From assembly GCA_025360225.1 (NCBI GenBank), contig JANYCN010000029.1:36792-100791 (forward strand): a stretch of DNA of 64,000 bases, written 5' to 3'. The translations under genes and the position numbers were made by a program. The notes beneath the pieces are model-generated. The model ran no database searches. It had not been told where the DNA came from and worked only from the letters and a program-made list of their open reading frames with translations. Positions 1 to 9,256 of this stretch are shown piece by piece. Every line of letters begins with the position of its first letter. Within the stretch, counting starts at the first letter, position 1. This DNA is from Actinomycetes bacterium. GTDB taxonomy: Bacteria; Actinomycetota; Thermoleophilia; Gaiellales; F1-60-MAGs149.

Positions 1-142
1 CGCCGCGCGCGAGGAGCTGTTCAACCTCCGCTTCCGTCACGCGACGGGACAGCTGGAGAACACCGCGCGCATCACTGCAGTCCGCCGTGAGGTAGCACGG
101 ATGCTGACGATCCAGCGCCAGGGCGCTGAGGAGACGAAGTAA
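1..142 (+). CDS. rpmC: 50S ribosomal protein L29, 3' part (5' end outside window)
   Basis: The frame ending at TAA 140-142 reads [41 protein letters not shown], an L29 C-terminus. TAATG overlap with the rpsQ start. Canonical position before S17. Confidence 0.9.
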   Translation, partial: AAREELFNLRFRHATGQLENTARITAVRREVARMLTIQRQGAEETK

Positions 143-720
143 TGGCTGACGAGCAGAAGGACGAGGCTGTGGAGTCTGCGGCTGAGCCCGAGACGCCGGC
201 CGTGGAGACCGCACCGGTCGAGGCGCCCGTTGCCGAGGCAGGAGCGGAGGACAGCGCGCCGGTTGCTGAGGTAGCTGCTGAGGTGCCGGCCGAGCCGGTA
301 GCCGAGGTCGTTGCCGAGGCGCCAGTCGAGGCACCGAAGGCGAGGGCAGCGGCGAAGCCAAAGGCGACAGCGCCGGCGAAGAAGAGCGGCCCGAACCCGG
401 CGTCGACGCCGAAGAACCGGGTCAAGCCGGAGCCCGGGCCGTACGTCCGCACCCCTGCTGGCCCGTCCGAGCAGGGCAAGCGCCGTGAGCGCCGTGGCGT
501 TGTCGTCTCGTCCGTCGAGGACAAGACGATCACCATCCGCGTCGACGTGATGATGGCCCACCCCAGGTACAAGAAGATCATGCGTCGGTCGCTCAAGCTC
601 CGCGTGCATGACGAGGCGAACACCGCGCACACGGGAGACGTCGTCCGGGTCGTCGAGTGCAAGCCGATGTCGAAGACGAAGCGCTGGCGCCTCGTCGAGA
701 TCGTTGAGGTGGCAAGGTGA
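142..720 (+). CDS. rpsQ: 30S ribosomal protein S17 with long N-terminal Ala/Glu/Pro/Val-rich extension
   Basis: The C-terminal ~85 aa ([42 protein letters not shown]...[10 protein letters not shown]) is canonical S17. ATG 142 is coupled to the rpmC stop. 192 aa in total. Confidence 0.93.
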   Translation: MADEQKDEAVESAAEPETPAVETAPVEAPVAEAGAEDSAPVAEVAAEVPAEPVAEVVAEAPVEAPKARAAAKPKATAPAKKSGPNPASTPKNRVKPEPGPYVRTPAGPSEQGKRRERRGVVVSSVEDKTITIRVDVMMAHPRYKKIMRRSLKLRVHDEANTAHTGDVVRVVECKPMSKTKRWRLVEIVEVAR

Positions 721-1085
721 TCCAGCAGGAGTCGCGGCTCAAGGTCGCGGACAACACCGGCGCGCGGGAGCTGCTCTGCATCCGCGTCCGGGGTGGTTCG
801 CACCGCCGCTACGCACACGTGGGCGACATCATCGTCGCGACCGTCAAGCAGGCGACGCCAAACGGCACCGTCAAGAAGGGCGACGTCGTACAGGCGGTCG
901 TGGTCCGCACGAAGAAGGCGCATCACCGCGTCGACGGCACCTACATCCAGTTCGATGATAACGCTGCCGTGATCATCGACCCGGCGAAGAACCCGCGCGG
1001 TACGCGCATCTTCGGCCCGGTCGCTCGTGAGCTGCGCGAGCGCAACTTCATGAAGATCGTCTCGCTCGCCCCGGAGGTGCTCTGA
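717..1085 (+). CDS. rplN: 50S ribosomal protein L14
   Basis: GTG 717 overlaps the rpsQ stop. [24 protein letters not shown]..., 122 aa. Confidence 0.97.
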   Translation: MIQQESRLKVADNTGARELLCIRVRGGSHRRYAHVGDIIVATVKQATPNGTVKKGDVVQAVVVRTKKAHHRVDGTYIQFDDNAAVIIDPAKNPRGTRIFGPVARELRERNFMKIVSLAPEVL

Positions 1086-1435
1086 TGGCAGGCCTGAAGA
1101 TTCGCCAGGGTGACACGGTCGAGATGATCACCGGCAAGGACCGCGGCAAGCGCGGCACCGTCATCGAGTCGCGACCCGTTGAGGGCCGCGTCATCGTCGA
1201 AGGTCGGAACATTGCCCGTAAGCACTCCCGCCCGCGCCCCGTTCCGGGCACCCGCGGCGCGCAGATGACGCCAGGTGGCGTGATCGACATCCCGGCCGCG
1301 GTTGACGTGTCGAACGTGGCCCTCGTCTGCCCGAGCTGCGACAAGCCCACACGCGTGGGCTTCGAGACGCTCGCAGACGGACGCAAGGTGCGCAGCTGCA
1401 AGAAGTGCGGCTCGCAGATCGAGGTCAAGCCATGA
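1085..1435 (+). CDS. rplX: 50S ribosomal protein L24 (Zn-ribbon form)
   Basis: ATG overlaps the rplN stop (TGATG). KOW motif [17 protein letters not shown]-terminal CPSC...CKKC. Confidence 0.96.
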   Translation: MAGLKIRQGDTVEMITGKDRGKRGTVIESRPVEGRVIVEGRNIARKHSRPRPVPGTRGAQMTPGGVIDIPAAVDVSNVALVCPSCDKPTRVGFETLADGRKVRSCKKCGSQIEVKP

Positions 1436-1992
1436 GCGAGACGACCTACCAGCCACGGCTGAAGCTGCGGTTCGAGCAGGAGATCCGCCCGCGGCTCCAG
1501 GAGAAGCTCGAGTTCACCACGCCGATGCGTGTCCCGCGCGTGACCAAGGTCACGCTCAACATGGGCGTCGGCGAGGCGAAGACCGATCGCAAGGCGCTCG
1601 AGCACGCGCAGGGCCAGCTGGCACTGATCGCGGGCCAGCAGCCGATCGTGACGAAGGCGAAGAAGTCGATCGCCGGGTTCAAGATCCGCGAAGGCATGGA
1701 GATCGGCACGAAGGTGACCCTTCGTGGCGCTCCGATGTACGAGTTCCTCGATCGCCTCTTGACGGTCGCGCTGCCGCGCATCCGTGACTTCCGGGGGATC
1801 AACCCGAACTCGTTCGACGGTCGTGGGAACTTCTCGCTCGGCATCCGCGAGCAGATCATCTTCCCGGAGATCGACTATGACGCAATCGACCAGGTGCGTG
1901 GCCTCGACGTGACCATCACGACGACCGCGCGCGCCGATCACGAGGCACGTGAGCTCCTCCGCGAGCTCGGCATGCCGTTCCGGGAGAGCTGA
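1432..1992 (+). CDS. rplE: 50S ribosomal protein L5
   Basis: ATG 1432 overlaps the rplX stop (ATGA). ...[13 protein letters not shown]... is typical of L5. The ORF-track start at 1405 was trimmed. Confidence 0.96.
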   Translation: MSETTYQPRLKLRFEQEIRPRLQEKLEFTTPMRVPRVTKVTLNMGVGEAKTDRKALEHAQGQLALIAGQQPIVTKAKKSIAGFKIREGMEIGTKVTLRGAPMYEFLDRLLTVALPRIRDFRGINPNSFDGRGNFSLGIREQIIFPEIDYDAIDQVRGLDVTITTTARADHEARELLRELGMPFRES

Positions 1993-1995
1993 GCA

Positions 1996-2181
1996 ATGGC
2001 CAAAGAGTCGCTCAAGGTCAAGGCTGCCCGGCCCGCGAAGTACACGGTCCGCAACTACACCCGCTGTCAGCGGTGTGGTCGTTCGCGTGCCGTCTACCAG
2101 AAGTTCGGGCTGTGCCGTATCTGTCTTCGGGAGCTCGCCCACCAGGGCGTCATCCCGGGTATGACGAAGTCGAGCTGGTAA
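1996..2181 (+). CDS. rpsN: 30S ribosomal protein S14 type Z (zinc-binding, 61 aa)
   Basis: CQRCGR...CRICLRE double CxxC. Short S14 at the canonical position. Confidence 0.96.
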   Translation: MAKESLKVKAARPAKYTVRNYTRCQRCGRSRAVYQKFGLCRICLRELAHQGVIPGMTKSSW

Positions 2182-2190
2182 GGAGACAGC

Positions 2191-2586
2191 ATGCTCACTG
2201 ATCCAATTGCCGACATGCTGACCCGCATCCGCAACGCCAACACGGCGATGCAGGAGCAGACGAAGATGCCGGTCTCAAAGATGAAGGTCGAGATCGCCAA
2301 GATCCTCCTCCAGGAGGGGTACATCGCTGGCTACAAGGTCGTCAAGGCCGAGCCAGCCGACCTCCTCGTGGTCGAGCTGAAGTACGGCGAGCAGCGCGAG
2401 CGCGTCATCTCGAACCTCAAGCGCATCTCGAAGCCCGGCCGACGCGTGTACACGCCGAAGGACCGCATGCCGCGCGTTCTCGGTGGCCTCGGAACGGCGA
2501 TCCTGTCAACCTCGACCGGCATCTGCACCGCCCGCGACGCTGCCAAGCGTGGCATCGGCGGCGAGGTGCTGTGCTTCGTCTGGTAG
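2191..2586 (+). CDS. rpsH: 30S ribosomal protein S8
   Basis: [16 protein letters not shown]..., 131 aa. Confidence 0.97.
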   Translation: MLTDPIADMLTRIRNANTAMQEQTKMPVSKMKVEIAKILLQEGYIAGYKVVKAEPADLLVVELKYGEQRERVISNLKRISKPGRRVYTPKDRMPRVLGGLGTAILSTSTGICTARDAAKRGIGGEVLCFVW

Positions 2587-2599
2587 CGGGGAGGACCTG

Positions 2600-3133
2600 A
2601 TGAGTCGTATCGGAAGGCTTCCGATCCCCGTTCCAGCGGGCGTCGAGGTCTCGACGAGCCCCGGCAAGGTCACCGTGACCGGGCCAAAGGGCACGCTCGA
2701 GCAGGTGATCTCGCCCGACATCACGATCGAGCAGGAGGACGGCCGGCTGCACGTGAAGCGGCCGACCGACCGGGCCGAGCATCGCGCTCTGCACGGGCTC
2801 ACCCGCTCGCTCGTCGCCAACATGGTGACGGGCGTCACGAGCGGTTTCGAGCGAACGCTCGAGATCCAGGGCGTCGGCTACCGCGCCGTCGCGAAGGGCA
2901 CCGACCTCGAGTTCGCGCTCGGGTTCTCCCACCCGGTCACGGTGAAGGCTCGCTCGGGCGTCACGTTCGACGTACCGACGCCGACCGTCGTGATCGTGAT
3001 GGGCATTGACAAGCAGGCGGTCGGGCAGCTTGCCGCGGAGATCCGCGGGCTCAAGCCGCCGGAGCCGTACAAGGGCAAGGGCATCCGCTACGCGGGCGAG
3101 CACGTCGCCCGCAAGGTCGGCAAGCGCGCGTAG
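2600..3133 (+). CDS. rplF: 50S ribosomal protein L6
   Basis: ATG 2600 follows [24 protein letters not shown].... The ORF-track start at 2483 was trimmed. Confidence 0.96.
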   Translation: MSRIGRLPIPVPAGVEVSTSPGKVTVTGPKGTLEQVISPDITIEQEDGRLHVKRPTDRAEHRALHGLTRSLVANMVTGVTSGFERTLEIQGVGYRAVAKGTDLEFALGFSHPVTVKARSGVTFDVPTPTVVIVMGIDKQAVGQLAAEIRGLKPPEPYKGKGIRYAGEHVARKVGKRA

Positions 3134-3148
3134 CGTGGAGAACACCAG

Positions 3149-3496
3149 ATGGCAAAGTTGACAAAAGAGCAGGCACGGGTTCGTCGCCACGCCCGCGTGC
3201 GGGCGAAGGTCGCCGGCACGCCGGAGCGTCCGCGGCTCGCCGTGTATCGATCGAACGCCGAGATCTACGTCCAGTTGATCGACGACGTCCAGGGGCACAC
3301 CCTGGCCGCCGCCGACTCCCGGACGGTGGTTGACGGTGACAAGACGGCGAAGGCCAAGGCGGTCGGCGCGCTGATCGCCGAGCGCGCGAAGGCCGCTGGC
3401 GTCGAGAGCGTGGTCTTCGACCGCGGGGGCTACATCTACCATGGTCGCGTCAAGGCGGTCGCCGACGGCGCGCGCGAGGGAGGACTGAGCTTCTAG
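3149..3496 (+). CDS. rplR: 50S ribosomal protein L18
   Basis: ...[27 protein letters not shown]-terminus, 115 aa. Confidence 0.96.
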   Translation: MAKLTKEQARVRRHARVRAKVAGTPERPRLAVYRSNAEIYVQLIDDVQGHTLAAADSRTVVDGDKTAKAKAVGALIAERAKAAGVESVVFDRGGYIYHGRVKAVADGAREGGLSF

Positions 3497-4050
3497 TGGC
3501 CCGCCTACCGAACAGCAGGGACGGCGGCGAGCTCCAAGAGCGCGTCGTCGAGATCAACCGCGTAGCGAAGGTCGTCAAGGGCGGCCGTCGCTTCAGCTTC
3601 ACCGCGCTCGTCGTCGTTGGTGACGAGGTCGACCAGGTCGGCATCGGCTACGGGAAGGCGAAGGAAGTTCCCGTCGCGATCCAGAAGGCCGTCGAGGACG
3701 CGAAGAAGAACATGTTCAAGGTGCCGAAGCACAACACGACGATCACCCACGAGGTGCTCGGTCGCTTTGGCGCCGGCAAGGTGTTGCTTCGTCCGGCTGC
3801 TCCCGGTACCGGTGTTATCGCCGGTGCCGGCGTGCGTGCCGTGCTCGAGCTCGCCGGCATCCGCGACGTGCTCGCGAAGTCGCTCGGCACGTCGAACCCG
3901 ATCAACCTCTGTCGGGCAGCCGAGGCAGGGTTGCGCGACCTGCGCCGCCCGGCTGACGTCGCCCGCCTGCGCGGCAAGCGTATCCGCGACATCCTGCCTG
4001 AGCAGGCCGTCGTGGCTGTCGCTGCAGCCGCGGAGACCGAGGGGGCCTGA
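3496..4050 (+). CDS. rpsE: 30S ribosomal protein S5
   Basis: GTG overlaps the rplR stop. ...[22 protein letters not shown].... Confidence 0.96.
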   Translation: MARLPNSRDGGELQERVVEINRVAKVVKGGRRFSFTALVVVGDEVDQVGIGYGKAKEVPVAIQKAVEDAKKNMFKVPKHNTTITHEVLGRFGAGKVLLRPAAPGTGVIAGAGVRAVLELAGIRDVLAKSLGTSNPINLCRAAEAGLRDLRRPADVARLRGKRIRDILPEQAVVAVAAAAETEGA

Positions 4051-4051
4051 G

Positions 4052-4234
4052 ATGGCGCTCAAGATCACCCAGACCAGGTCGATCATTGGAGTTCAGAAGG
4101 AGCACCACGGCACGCTGCGGTCGCTCGGACTGGGCAGGATCGGCAAGACAACCGTGCGCGAGGACTCGCCCACGCTCCGCGGCCAGCTGCACCAGGTCGG
4201 CTACCTGGTGCGGGTCGAGGAGAACCAGGAGTAG
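4052..4234 (+). CDS. rpmD: 50S ribosomal protein L30
   Basis: ATG 4052, 60 aa, MALKITQTRSIIGVQKEHHGTLRSLGL.... It is hidden in the tail of ORF-track entry 3617..4234. Confidence 0.94.
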   Translation: MALKITQTRSIIGVQKEHHGTLRSLGLGRIGKTTVREDSPTLRGQLHQVGYLVRVEENQE

Positions 4235-4237
4235 GAA

Positions 4238-4744
4238 ATGCCCGAGATCGGACTGCATAACCTCCGCCCGTCCCCGGGCTCGACGAAGACCCGCAAGCGG
4301 GTCGGCCGTGGCATGGGTTCCGGGTCAGGCAAGACCTCTGGCCGCGGCCAGAAGGGCCAGAAGTCGCGCTCCGGCTCGCACAACATGCGCGCCGGCTTCG
4401 AGGGCGGCCAGATGCCGCTCTACATGCGGATGGGCAAGCTGCGCGGCCCGCAGATGAAGAAGTCGATGCCGATGGGTCCGTTCCGCACGTCGAACGAGAT
4501 CGTCAACATCGCCGACCTCGCCGAGCGGTTCCCCGCTGGCGCCGACGTCACCCCTGCGACGCTGATCTCTGCGGGGCTGCTGAAGAACCTCCGCGAGGCC
4601 GTCAAGGTGCTCGGCAACGGCGAGATCACGCACGCGTTGAACGTCACCGTGAACGGCATCTCGGCGTCGGCCAAGGCGAAGATCGAGGCAGCTGGCGGCA
4701 CCGTCACGATCCTCGACTTCAAGGTACGCGAGTCCGGGGAGTAG
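4238..4744 (+). CDS. rplO: 50S ribosomal protein L15
   Basis: GRGMGSGSGKTSGRGQKGQKSRSG glycine-rich L15 motif. Confidence 0.96.
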   Translation: MPEIGLHNLRPSPGSTKTRKRVGRGMGSGSGKTSGRGQKGQKSRSGSHNMRAGFEGGQMPLYMRMGKLRGPQMKKSMPMGPFRTSNEIVNIADLAERFPAGADVTPATLISAGLLKNLREAVKVLGNGEITHALNVTVNGISASAKAKIEAAGGTVTILDFKVRESGE

Positions 4745-4750
4745 CACGCG

Positions 4751-6028
4751 TTGCTGACGTCGATCCTGAACGCGTGGAAGATCCCCGACCTGCGCAAGCG
4801 GTTGTTGCTGACCGCTGCGGTGCTCGCGATCTACCGGTTCGGAGCCTGGCTCCCGACGCCTGGGGTCGACGCGGAGAGCGTTCGTAAGCTCTTCGACAGC
4901 TCGGCGAACACGACGGTCCTCGGCTACCTGAACCTGTTCAGTGGCCAGGCCCTGCAGAACCTCTCGCTGTTCGCGCTCGGGATCATGCCGTACATCACCG
5001 CCTCGATCTTCATGCAGCTGATCGTCGTGGTGGTCCCGAGCCTCGAGGCGATGCAGAAGGAGGGCGAGTCCGGACAGCGCAGGATCACGCAGTACACCCG
5101 CTACCTGACCTGTGGTCTCGCCATTGCCCAGTCATCGCTCTACGTGTACATCTTTCACAAGGGCTCGGCGCTCGGCGGCTCGAACGCTCTACCGAACCTG
5201 ACGATCCGCGCGTTTCTCCTGATCGTGCTGTCGCTCACGGCAGGTGCGATGCTCCTGATGTGGCTCGGCGAGCTCGTGACCCGGCGCGGTGTAGGTAACG
5301 GCCAGTCGCTCCTGATCTTCGCCTCGATCCTCACCTCGATCCCGCTCGCCATCAGCGCGTGGCTGAACGGTGACGTGTTCGAGAAGCTCTCGTTGCCCTG
5401 CGTGATGGTCGCCGTCATCCTCGGCGTCGTGTTCATCAACGAAGGCCAGCGGCGGATCCCGATCCAGTACGCGAAGCGTTCGATCGGCGGGTTCGGTTCG
5501 GCCGCTGAAGCGACCTACTTGCCGATGAAGGTGAACCAGGCCGGCGTGATTCCGGTGATCTTCGCCGCGGCGATCCTCGTGCTGCCGCCGACGTTCGGCA
5601 AGCTGTTCTCTCCGCTCAACTTCCTCGCCGACTGGCTCGCGCCGGCCTCGTGGGCCTCGATCGTCTTCGAGTTCATCCTGATCGTGGCGTTCACGTTCTT
5701 CTACACAGCGGCCGTCGCCTTCAAGCCAGTCGAGCAGGCGGACAACCTGCGCAAGCAGGGCGGCTTCATCCCGGGCATCAGGCCCGGGCGACCGACCGCC
5801 GCGTTCCTCGACCGCGTGCTGATGCGCCTGACGTTCCCCGGCGCGCTCTACCTCGGCACGATCGCCGTGCTGCCGACGATCTTCATCAAGGAAGCGCACT
5901 TCTCGCAGGCGACGGCGCGCGCCCTCGGTGGCACCTCGATGCTGATCATCGTCGGTGTCGCGCTCGACACGATGCGACAGATCCAGTCGCAGGTGATGAT
6001 GCGCCACTACGAGGGCTTCCTGAAGTAG
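4751..6028 (+). CDS. secY: Preprotein translocase subunit SecY
   Basis: 425 aa, polytopic. ...LFALGIMPYITASIFMQL... is the SecY signature. Canonical position after rplO. TTG start. Confidence 0.96.
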   Translation: MLTSILNAWKIPDLRKRLLLTAAVLAIYRFGAWLPTPGVDAESVRKLFDSSANTTVLGYLNLFSGQALQNLSLFALGIMPYITASIFMQLIVVVVPSLEAMQKEGESGQRRITQYTRYLTCGLAIAQSSLYVYIFHKGSALGGSNALPNLTIRAFLLIVLSLTAGAMLLMWLGELVTRRGVGNGQSLLIFASILTSIPLAISAWLNGDVFEKLSLPCVMVAVILGVVFINEGQRRIPIQYAKRSIGGFGSAAEATYLPMKVNQAGVIPVIFAAAILVLPPTFGKLFSPLNFLADWLAPASWASIVFEFILIVAFTFFYTAAVAFKPVEQADNLRKQGGFIPGIRPGRPTAAFLDRVLMRLTFPGALYLGTIAVLPTIFIKEAHFSQATARALGGTSMLIIVGVALDTMRQIQSQVMMRHYEGFLK

Positions 6029-6687
6029 TGGCTGGCCGCAACCTGATCATCTTCGGGCCCCCAGGGGCCGGGAAGGGGACACAGGCGCCGCGGCTCGCCG
6101 CCGAGTTCGGGCTTCCGCACGTCGCCACAGGCGACATGTTTCGCGCGCACCAGCGCGAGGGTACGGCGCTTGGGCTCCGTGCGAAGGCATACATGGAGGC
6201 CGGCGAGCTCGTTCCCGATACGCTCGTGATCGAGATGCTTGTCGAGCGCATCGGACAGGCTGACGCCGCCGACGGCTTCCTCCTCGATGGTTTTCCGCGA
6301 ACCGTTGCGCAGGCGGTAGCGCTCGACGTGGAGCTCGCGGCGAACGGCTCGCGGATCGACGCGTTGCTCGTGCTCGACGTGACCGAGGAGGACGTCGTGA
6401 CGCGGATCAGCGGACGCCTCGTGTGCGCGAACGGTCACGTGTTCCACGAGACCTTCTCGCCACCGGCGGTCGCCGCCGTGTGCGACACGTGTGGCCTGGC
6501 GCTCGCACGCCGTGCTGACGATGAGCCCGACGTGGTGCGTAACCGCTACCGCAACGTGTACCTCGCACAGACCGCACCGGTGCGTGACCACTACACCGCG
6601 CTCGGCGTTCCGGCGCTCGACGTCGACGGCACCGGCTCGACGGACGCCGTCTACGAACGGCTTCGTACGGCCCTCCAACGCCCGTGA
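6028..6687 (+). CDS. adk: Adenylate kinase
   Basis: GTG 6028 overlaps the secY stop. P-loop GPPGAGKGTQ. LID segment with C..H...C..C. The ORF-track start at 5650 was trimmed. Confidence 0.95.
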   Translation: MAGRNLIIFGPPGAGKGTQAPRLAAEFGLPHVATGDMFRAHQREGTALGLRAKAYMEAGELVPDTLVIEMLVERIGQADAADGFLLDGFPRTVAQAVALDVELAANGSRIDALLVLDVTEEDVVTRISGRLVCANGHVFHETFSPPAVAAVCDTCGLALARRADDEPDVVRNRYRNVYLAQTAPVRDHYTALGVPALDVDGTGSTDAVYERLRTALQRP

Positions 6688-7469
6688 TCGAGCGGAAGAC
6701 GTCGCGGGAGATCGCGCGTCAGGCTGAGGCTGGCGCGATCGTCGCGGACGTCCTCGCGCTGATGCGTGCCGAGGCTGCGCCGGGCGTGACGACGGGCGAG
6801 CTCGACCGGATCGCCGAACGGGCGATCCGCGCGCGTGGTGGCGTGCCGACGTTCAAGGGGTTCCGGGGCTTCCCCGGCTCGATCTGCGCGTCGCCGAACG
6901 ACATGATCGTCCACGGCATCCCCGGTGGGTACGCGCTCGTCGACGGAGACATCCTCTCGGTGGACGTTGGCGTCACCTACAAGGGGTTCGTCGGCGACTC
7001 GGCTGTCACGTTCGGCGTCGGCTCCCTTCCCGAGCGCACGGTCGCGCTGCTCGCGGCCTGTCAGGCCTCGCTGCATGCTGCGATCGCGGCGTGCCAGGTC
7101 GGTGGTCGGCTGTCCGACATCGGCCATGCCTGCCAGGACGTGGTGGAGGCAGCCGGGTTCGCTGTCGTGCGCGACCTGGTTGGCCACGGTGTCGGTCGGC
7201 GCATGCACGAGGAGCCGCAGATCCGCAACTACGGCCGGGCCGGCGAGGGGCCGGAGCTGAAGGAGGGGATGGTGTTCGCGATCGAGCCGATGATCACCGC
7301 CGGCGATCACGGGATCCGCCTAGACGCCGACGGCTGGTCGATCTTCACCACCGATGGCTCGCTCGCCGCCCACTTCGAGCACACCGTTGCGATCACCCGC
7401 GAGGGGCCGCGGGTGCTGACCCTCGGCGCAGACGGCGCCAGCGTCGTCGACGCGCCGCCGGGAGGCTGA
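6684..7469 (+). CDS. map: Methionine aminopeptidase type I
   Basis: GTG overlaps the adk stop. Metal-ligand contexts VDVGVTYKGFVGDSA, GHGVGRRMHEEP, FAIEPM. Confidence 0.95.
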   Translation: MIERKTSREIARQAEAGAIVADVLALMRAEAAPGVTTGELDRIAERAIRARGGVPTFKGFRGFPGSICASPNDMIVHGIPGGYALVDGDILSVDVGVTYKGFVGDSAVTFGVGSLPERTVALLAACQASLHAAIAACQVGGRLSDIGHACQDVVEAAGFAVVRDLVGHGVGRRMHEEPQIRNYGRAGEGPELKEGMVFAIEPMITAGDHGIRLDADGWSIFTTDGSLAAHFEHTVAITREGPRVLTLGADGASVVDAPPGG

Positions 7470-7471
7470 AC

Positions 7472-8230
7472 GTGCGCCTTGCGGAGCGCATGAACGCGAT
7501 CCTCGAGCGGCTCGCCGACGACGGCTCGCTCGGGGTGGCGGAGATCGCCGGCGAGCTCGGCGTCTCCGAGGCGACGATCCGACGCGACCTTCGGCGTCTC
7601 GCCGAGCAGCGTCTGCTGGCGCGCACGCACGGCGGGGCGGTGTCACACGGCGTGCTCTACGAGCTGCCGTTACGCTACCGCTCCGCGCGCCACCACGAGG
7701 AGAAGATCCGCATCGCGCGGGCGGTGGTCGAGCGGATCGGTGACGCCAGCAGCGTCGGGCTGACGGGCGGCACGACCACCACCGAGGTTGCGCGTTGCCT
7801 GAGCGACCGGCCGCGTCTGACGGTCGTGACGAACGCGTTGAACATCGCCGCGGAGCTCGTCGTCCGACCGAACATCAAGCTCGTCGTGATCGGCGGCGTC
7901 GCGCGGTCGGAGTCCTACGAGCTCGTCGGGCCACTGGCCGAGGCGACGCTCGCCGGGTTGAACATCGACGTCGCCGTGATCGGCGCCGACGGCGTCCACG
8001 TCGACGCCGGCCTCACGACCCACCACGAGGTCGAGGCACAGACGAACCGGGCCCTGATCGAGCGTGCTCGCCGCGTGATCGTCGTTGCCGATGCGTCGAA
8101 GATCGGCCAGGCCGCGTTTGCGCGGATCTGCCCCCTAGGAGCGGTTGACGAGCTTGTCACGGATGCTGGCATCGCGCCTGACGCGCGGCTTGCGCTCGAG
8201 GCCGAGGGGATACTCGTCCACGTCGTCTGA
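7472..8230 (+). CDS. DeoR-family transcriptional repressor (HTH + DeoR C-terminal sugar-phosphate sensor domain)
   Basis: GTG 7472 lies 6 nt after GGGAGG and 2 nt after the map stop. VAEIAGELGVSEATIRRDLRRLAEQRLLARTHGGA is the DeoR HTH. An alternative ATG is at 7490. Confidence 0.88.
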   Translation: MRLAERMNAILERLADDGSLGVAEIAGELGVSEATIRRDLRRLAEQRLLARTHGGAVSHGVLYELPLRYRSARHHEEKIRIARAVVERIGDASSVGLTGGTTTTEVARCLSDRPRLTVVTNALNIAAELVVRPNIKLVVIGGVARSESYELVGPLAEATLAGLNIDVAVIGADGVHVDAGLTTHHEVEAQTNRALIERARRVIVVADASKIGQAAFARICPLGAVDELVTDAGIAPDARLALEAEGILVHVV

Positions 8231-8260
8231 TCGATTTCGCGCGAATCGAGCGCATTCGCG
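8228..8260. promoter_or_regulatory. Candidate operator (near-palindrome CGATTTCGC/GCGAATCG plus GAGCGCATTCG) upstream of the kinase/aldolase operon
   Basis: TGATCGATTTCGCG...GAGCGCATTCG recurs at 13499-13541 in the second promoter region of the island. Confidence 0.35.
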
Positions 8261-8295
8261 CATCGACGCGCAGCGAGGAGGTAGAGTTCCGCCCG

Positions 8296-9243
8296 ATGCG
8301 CCCCCTCGTCTGCGTCTCGCCGAACCCGGCGATCGACCGTATCGCGCTCGCACCTGGGGCGTCGGTCGGCGGTGCCGTCCGCGCCGTCGAGCTGTTGGAG
8401 ACGCCGGGAGGCAAGGGTGCGCACGTCGCGATGGTGAGCGCCGCGCTCGGGCACCTGGCGACCCTCGTCCTGCCGCTCGGCGGTCATGCCGGCGACCGTT
8501 ACGCGGCGCTCGCGAGGTCGGAGGGGCTCGAGCTCGTCTCGGTGGTGATCGCCGACGAGACGCGTGGCACGTACACCGTCGTCGATGCCGTCGGCGCGGT
8601 CGTTGAGGTGCGCGAGCCATCGCCGTCCTTGACCGCTCTCGAGCTCGAGGCGTTTGCCGCTCTTGTCGGCTCGGCCGTCGCTGCGGCCGACGTTGTCGTG
8701 ACAAGCGGCAGCCTCCCGGTTGGCCTGCCTTCCTCGTTCCATGCCGACGTCCTTGCGGCATCTCGTCCGGGAGCGTTCACGGTGCTCGACACCGGTGGCG
8801 ATGCGCTCGTGGCGGCGCTCGCCACGCGTCCCTCGCTCGTCAAGCCGAACCTCGCCGAGGCGGCCGGCTACTCGGGCGTGGCGGTGCCCACGGCGGAGCC
8901 GCTCGAGCACCTCGTCCGGCTCGTGCGCGACCTGCAGGAGGGTGGCGCCCGTAACGCGTGGGTGTCCCTCGGTGAGCGTGGGTCGCTTCTCGGCATGGAG
9001 GATGGCGTCGTCTGGCACCTGCCGGCGCCGTTCGCGAGCGCTGCAGTGAACGCGGTCGGCTGTGGCGACGCCCTCGCCGGCGGCCTCGTCGCGGCGATCC
9101 TCGACGGTCAGAGCCTCCTCGAGGCAGCCGTTCAGGGAGTTGCCGCTGCAGCCTCGAAGGTGCGCCACCTGCACTCTGGCCGGGTCGACCCGGCACAGGT
9201 CGCCGACGCCAGATCATCGATCGAGCCCCGCCGGCTCGCCTGA
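8296..9243 (+). CDS. PfkB-family ketose-phosphate kinase (1-phosphofructokinase / tagatose-6-phosphate kinase type)
   Basis: N-terminal SPNPAIDR and GGKG motifs. C-terminal NAVGCGDALAGG. 315 aa, FruK/LacC-like architecture. RBS GAGGAGG upstream. Confidence 0.85.
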   Translation: MRPLVCVSPNPAIDRIALAPGASVGGAVRAVELLETPGGKGAHVAMVSAALGHLATLVLPLGGHAGDRYAALARSEGLELVSVVIADETRGTYTVVDAVGAVVEVREPSPSLTALELEAFAALVGSAVAAADVVVTSGSLPVGLPSSFHADVLAASRPGAFTVLDTGGDALVAALATRPSLVKPNLAEAAGYSGVAVPTAEPLEHLVRLVRDLQEGGARNAWVSLGERGSLLGMEDGVVWHLPAPFASAAVNAVGCGDALAGGLVAAILDGQSLLEAAVQGVAAAASKVRHLHSGRVDPAQVADARSSIEPRRLA

Positions 9244-9256
9244 GAGGAAGGACGCG

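Noticed and set aside
1048-2142. A long minus-strand ORF (364 aa) antisense to rplX, rplE and rpsN. Many similar ones exist, for example 2417..3442, 7915..9174, 19471..20583, 28646..30598, 33482..34537, 57528..60269 and 60414..62336.
   Set aside because: These are typical high-GC shadow ORFs. Their products are Arg/Pro/Asp-rich with no domain motifs, their GC3 pattern fits the opposite strand, and the sense strand carries unmistakable conserved genes.
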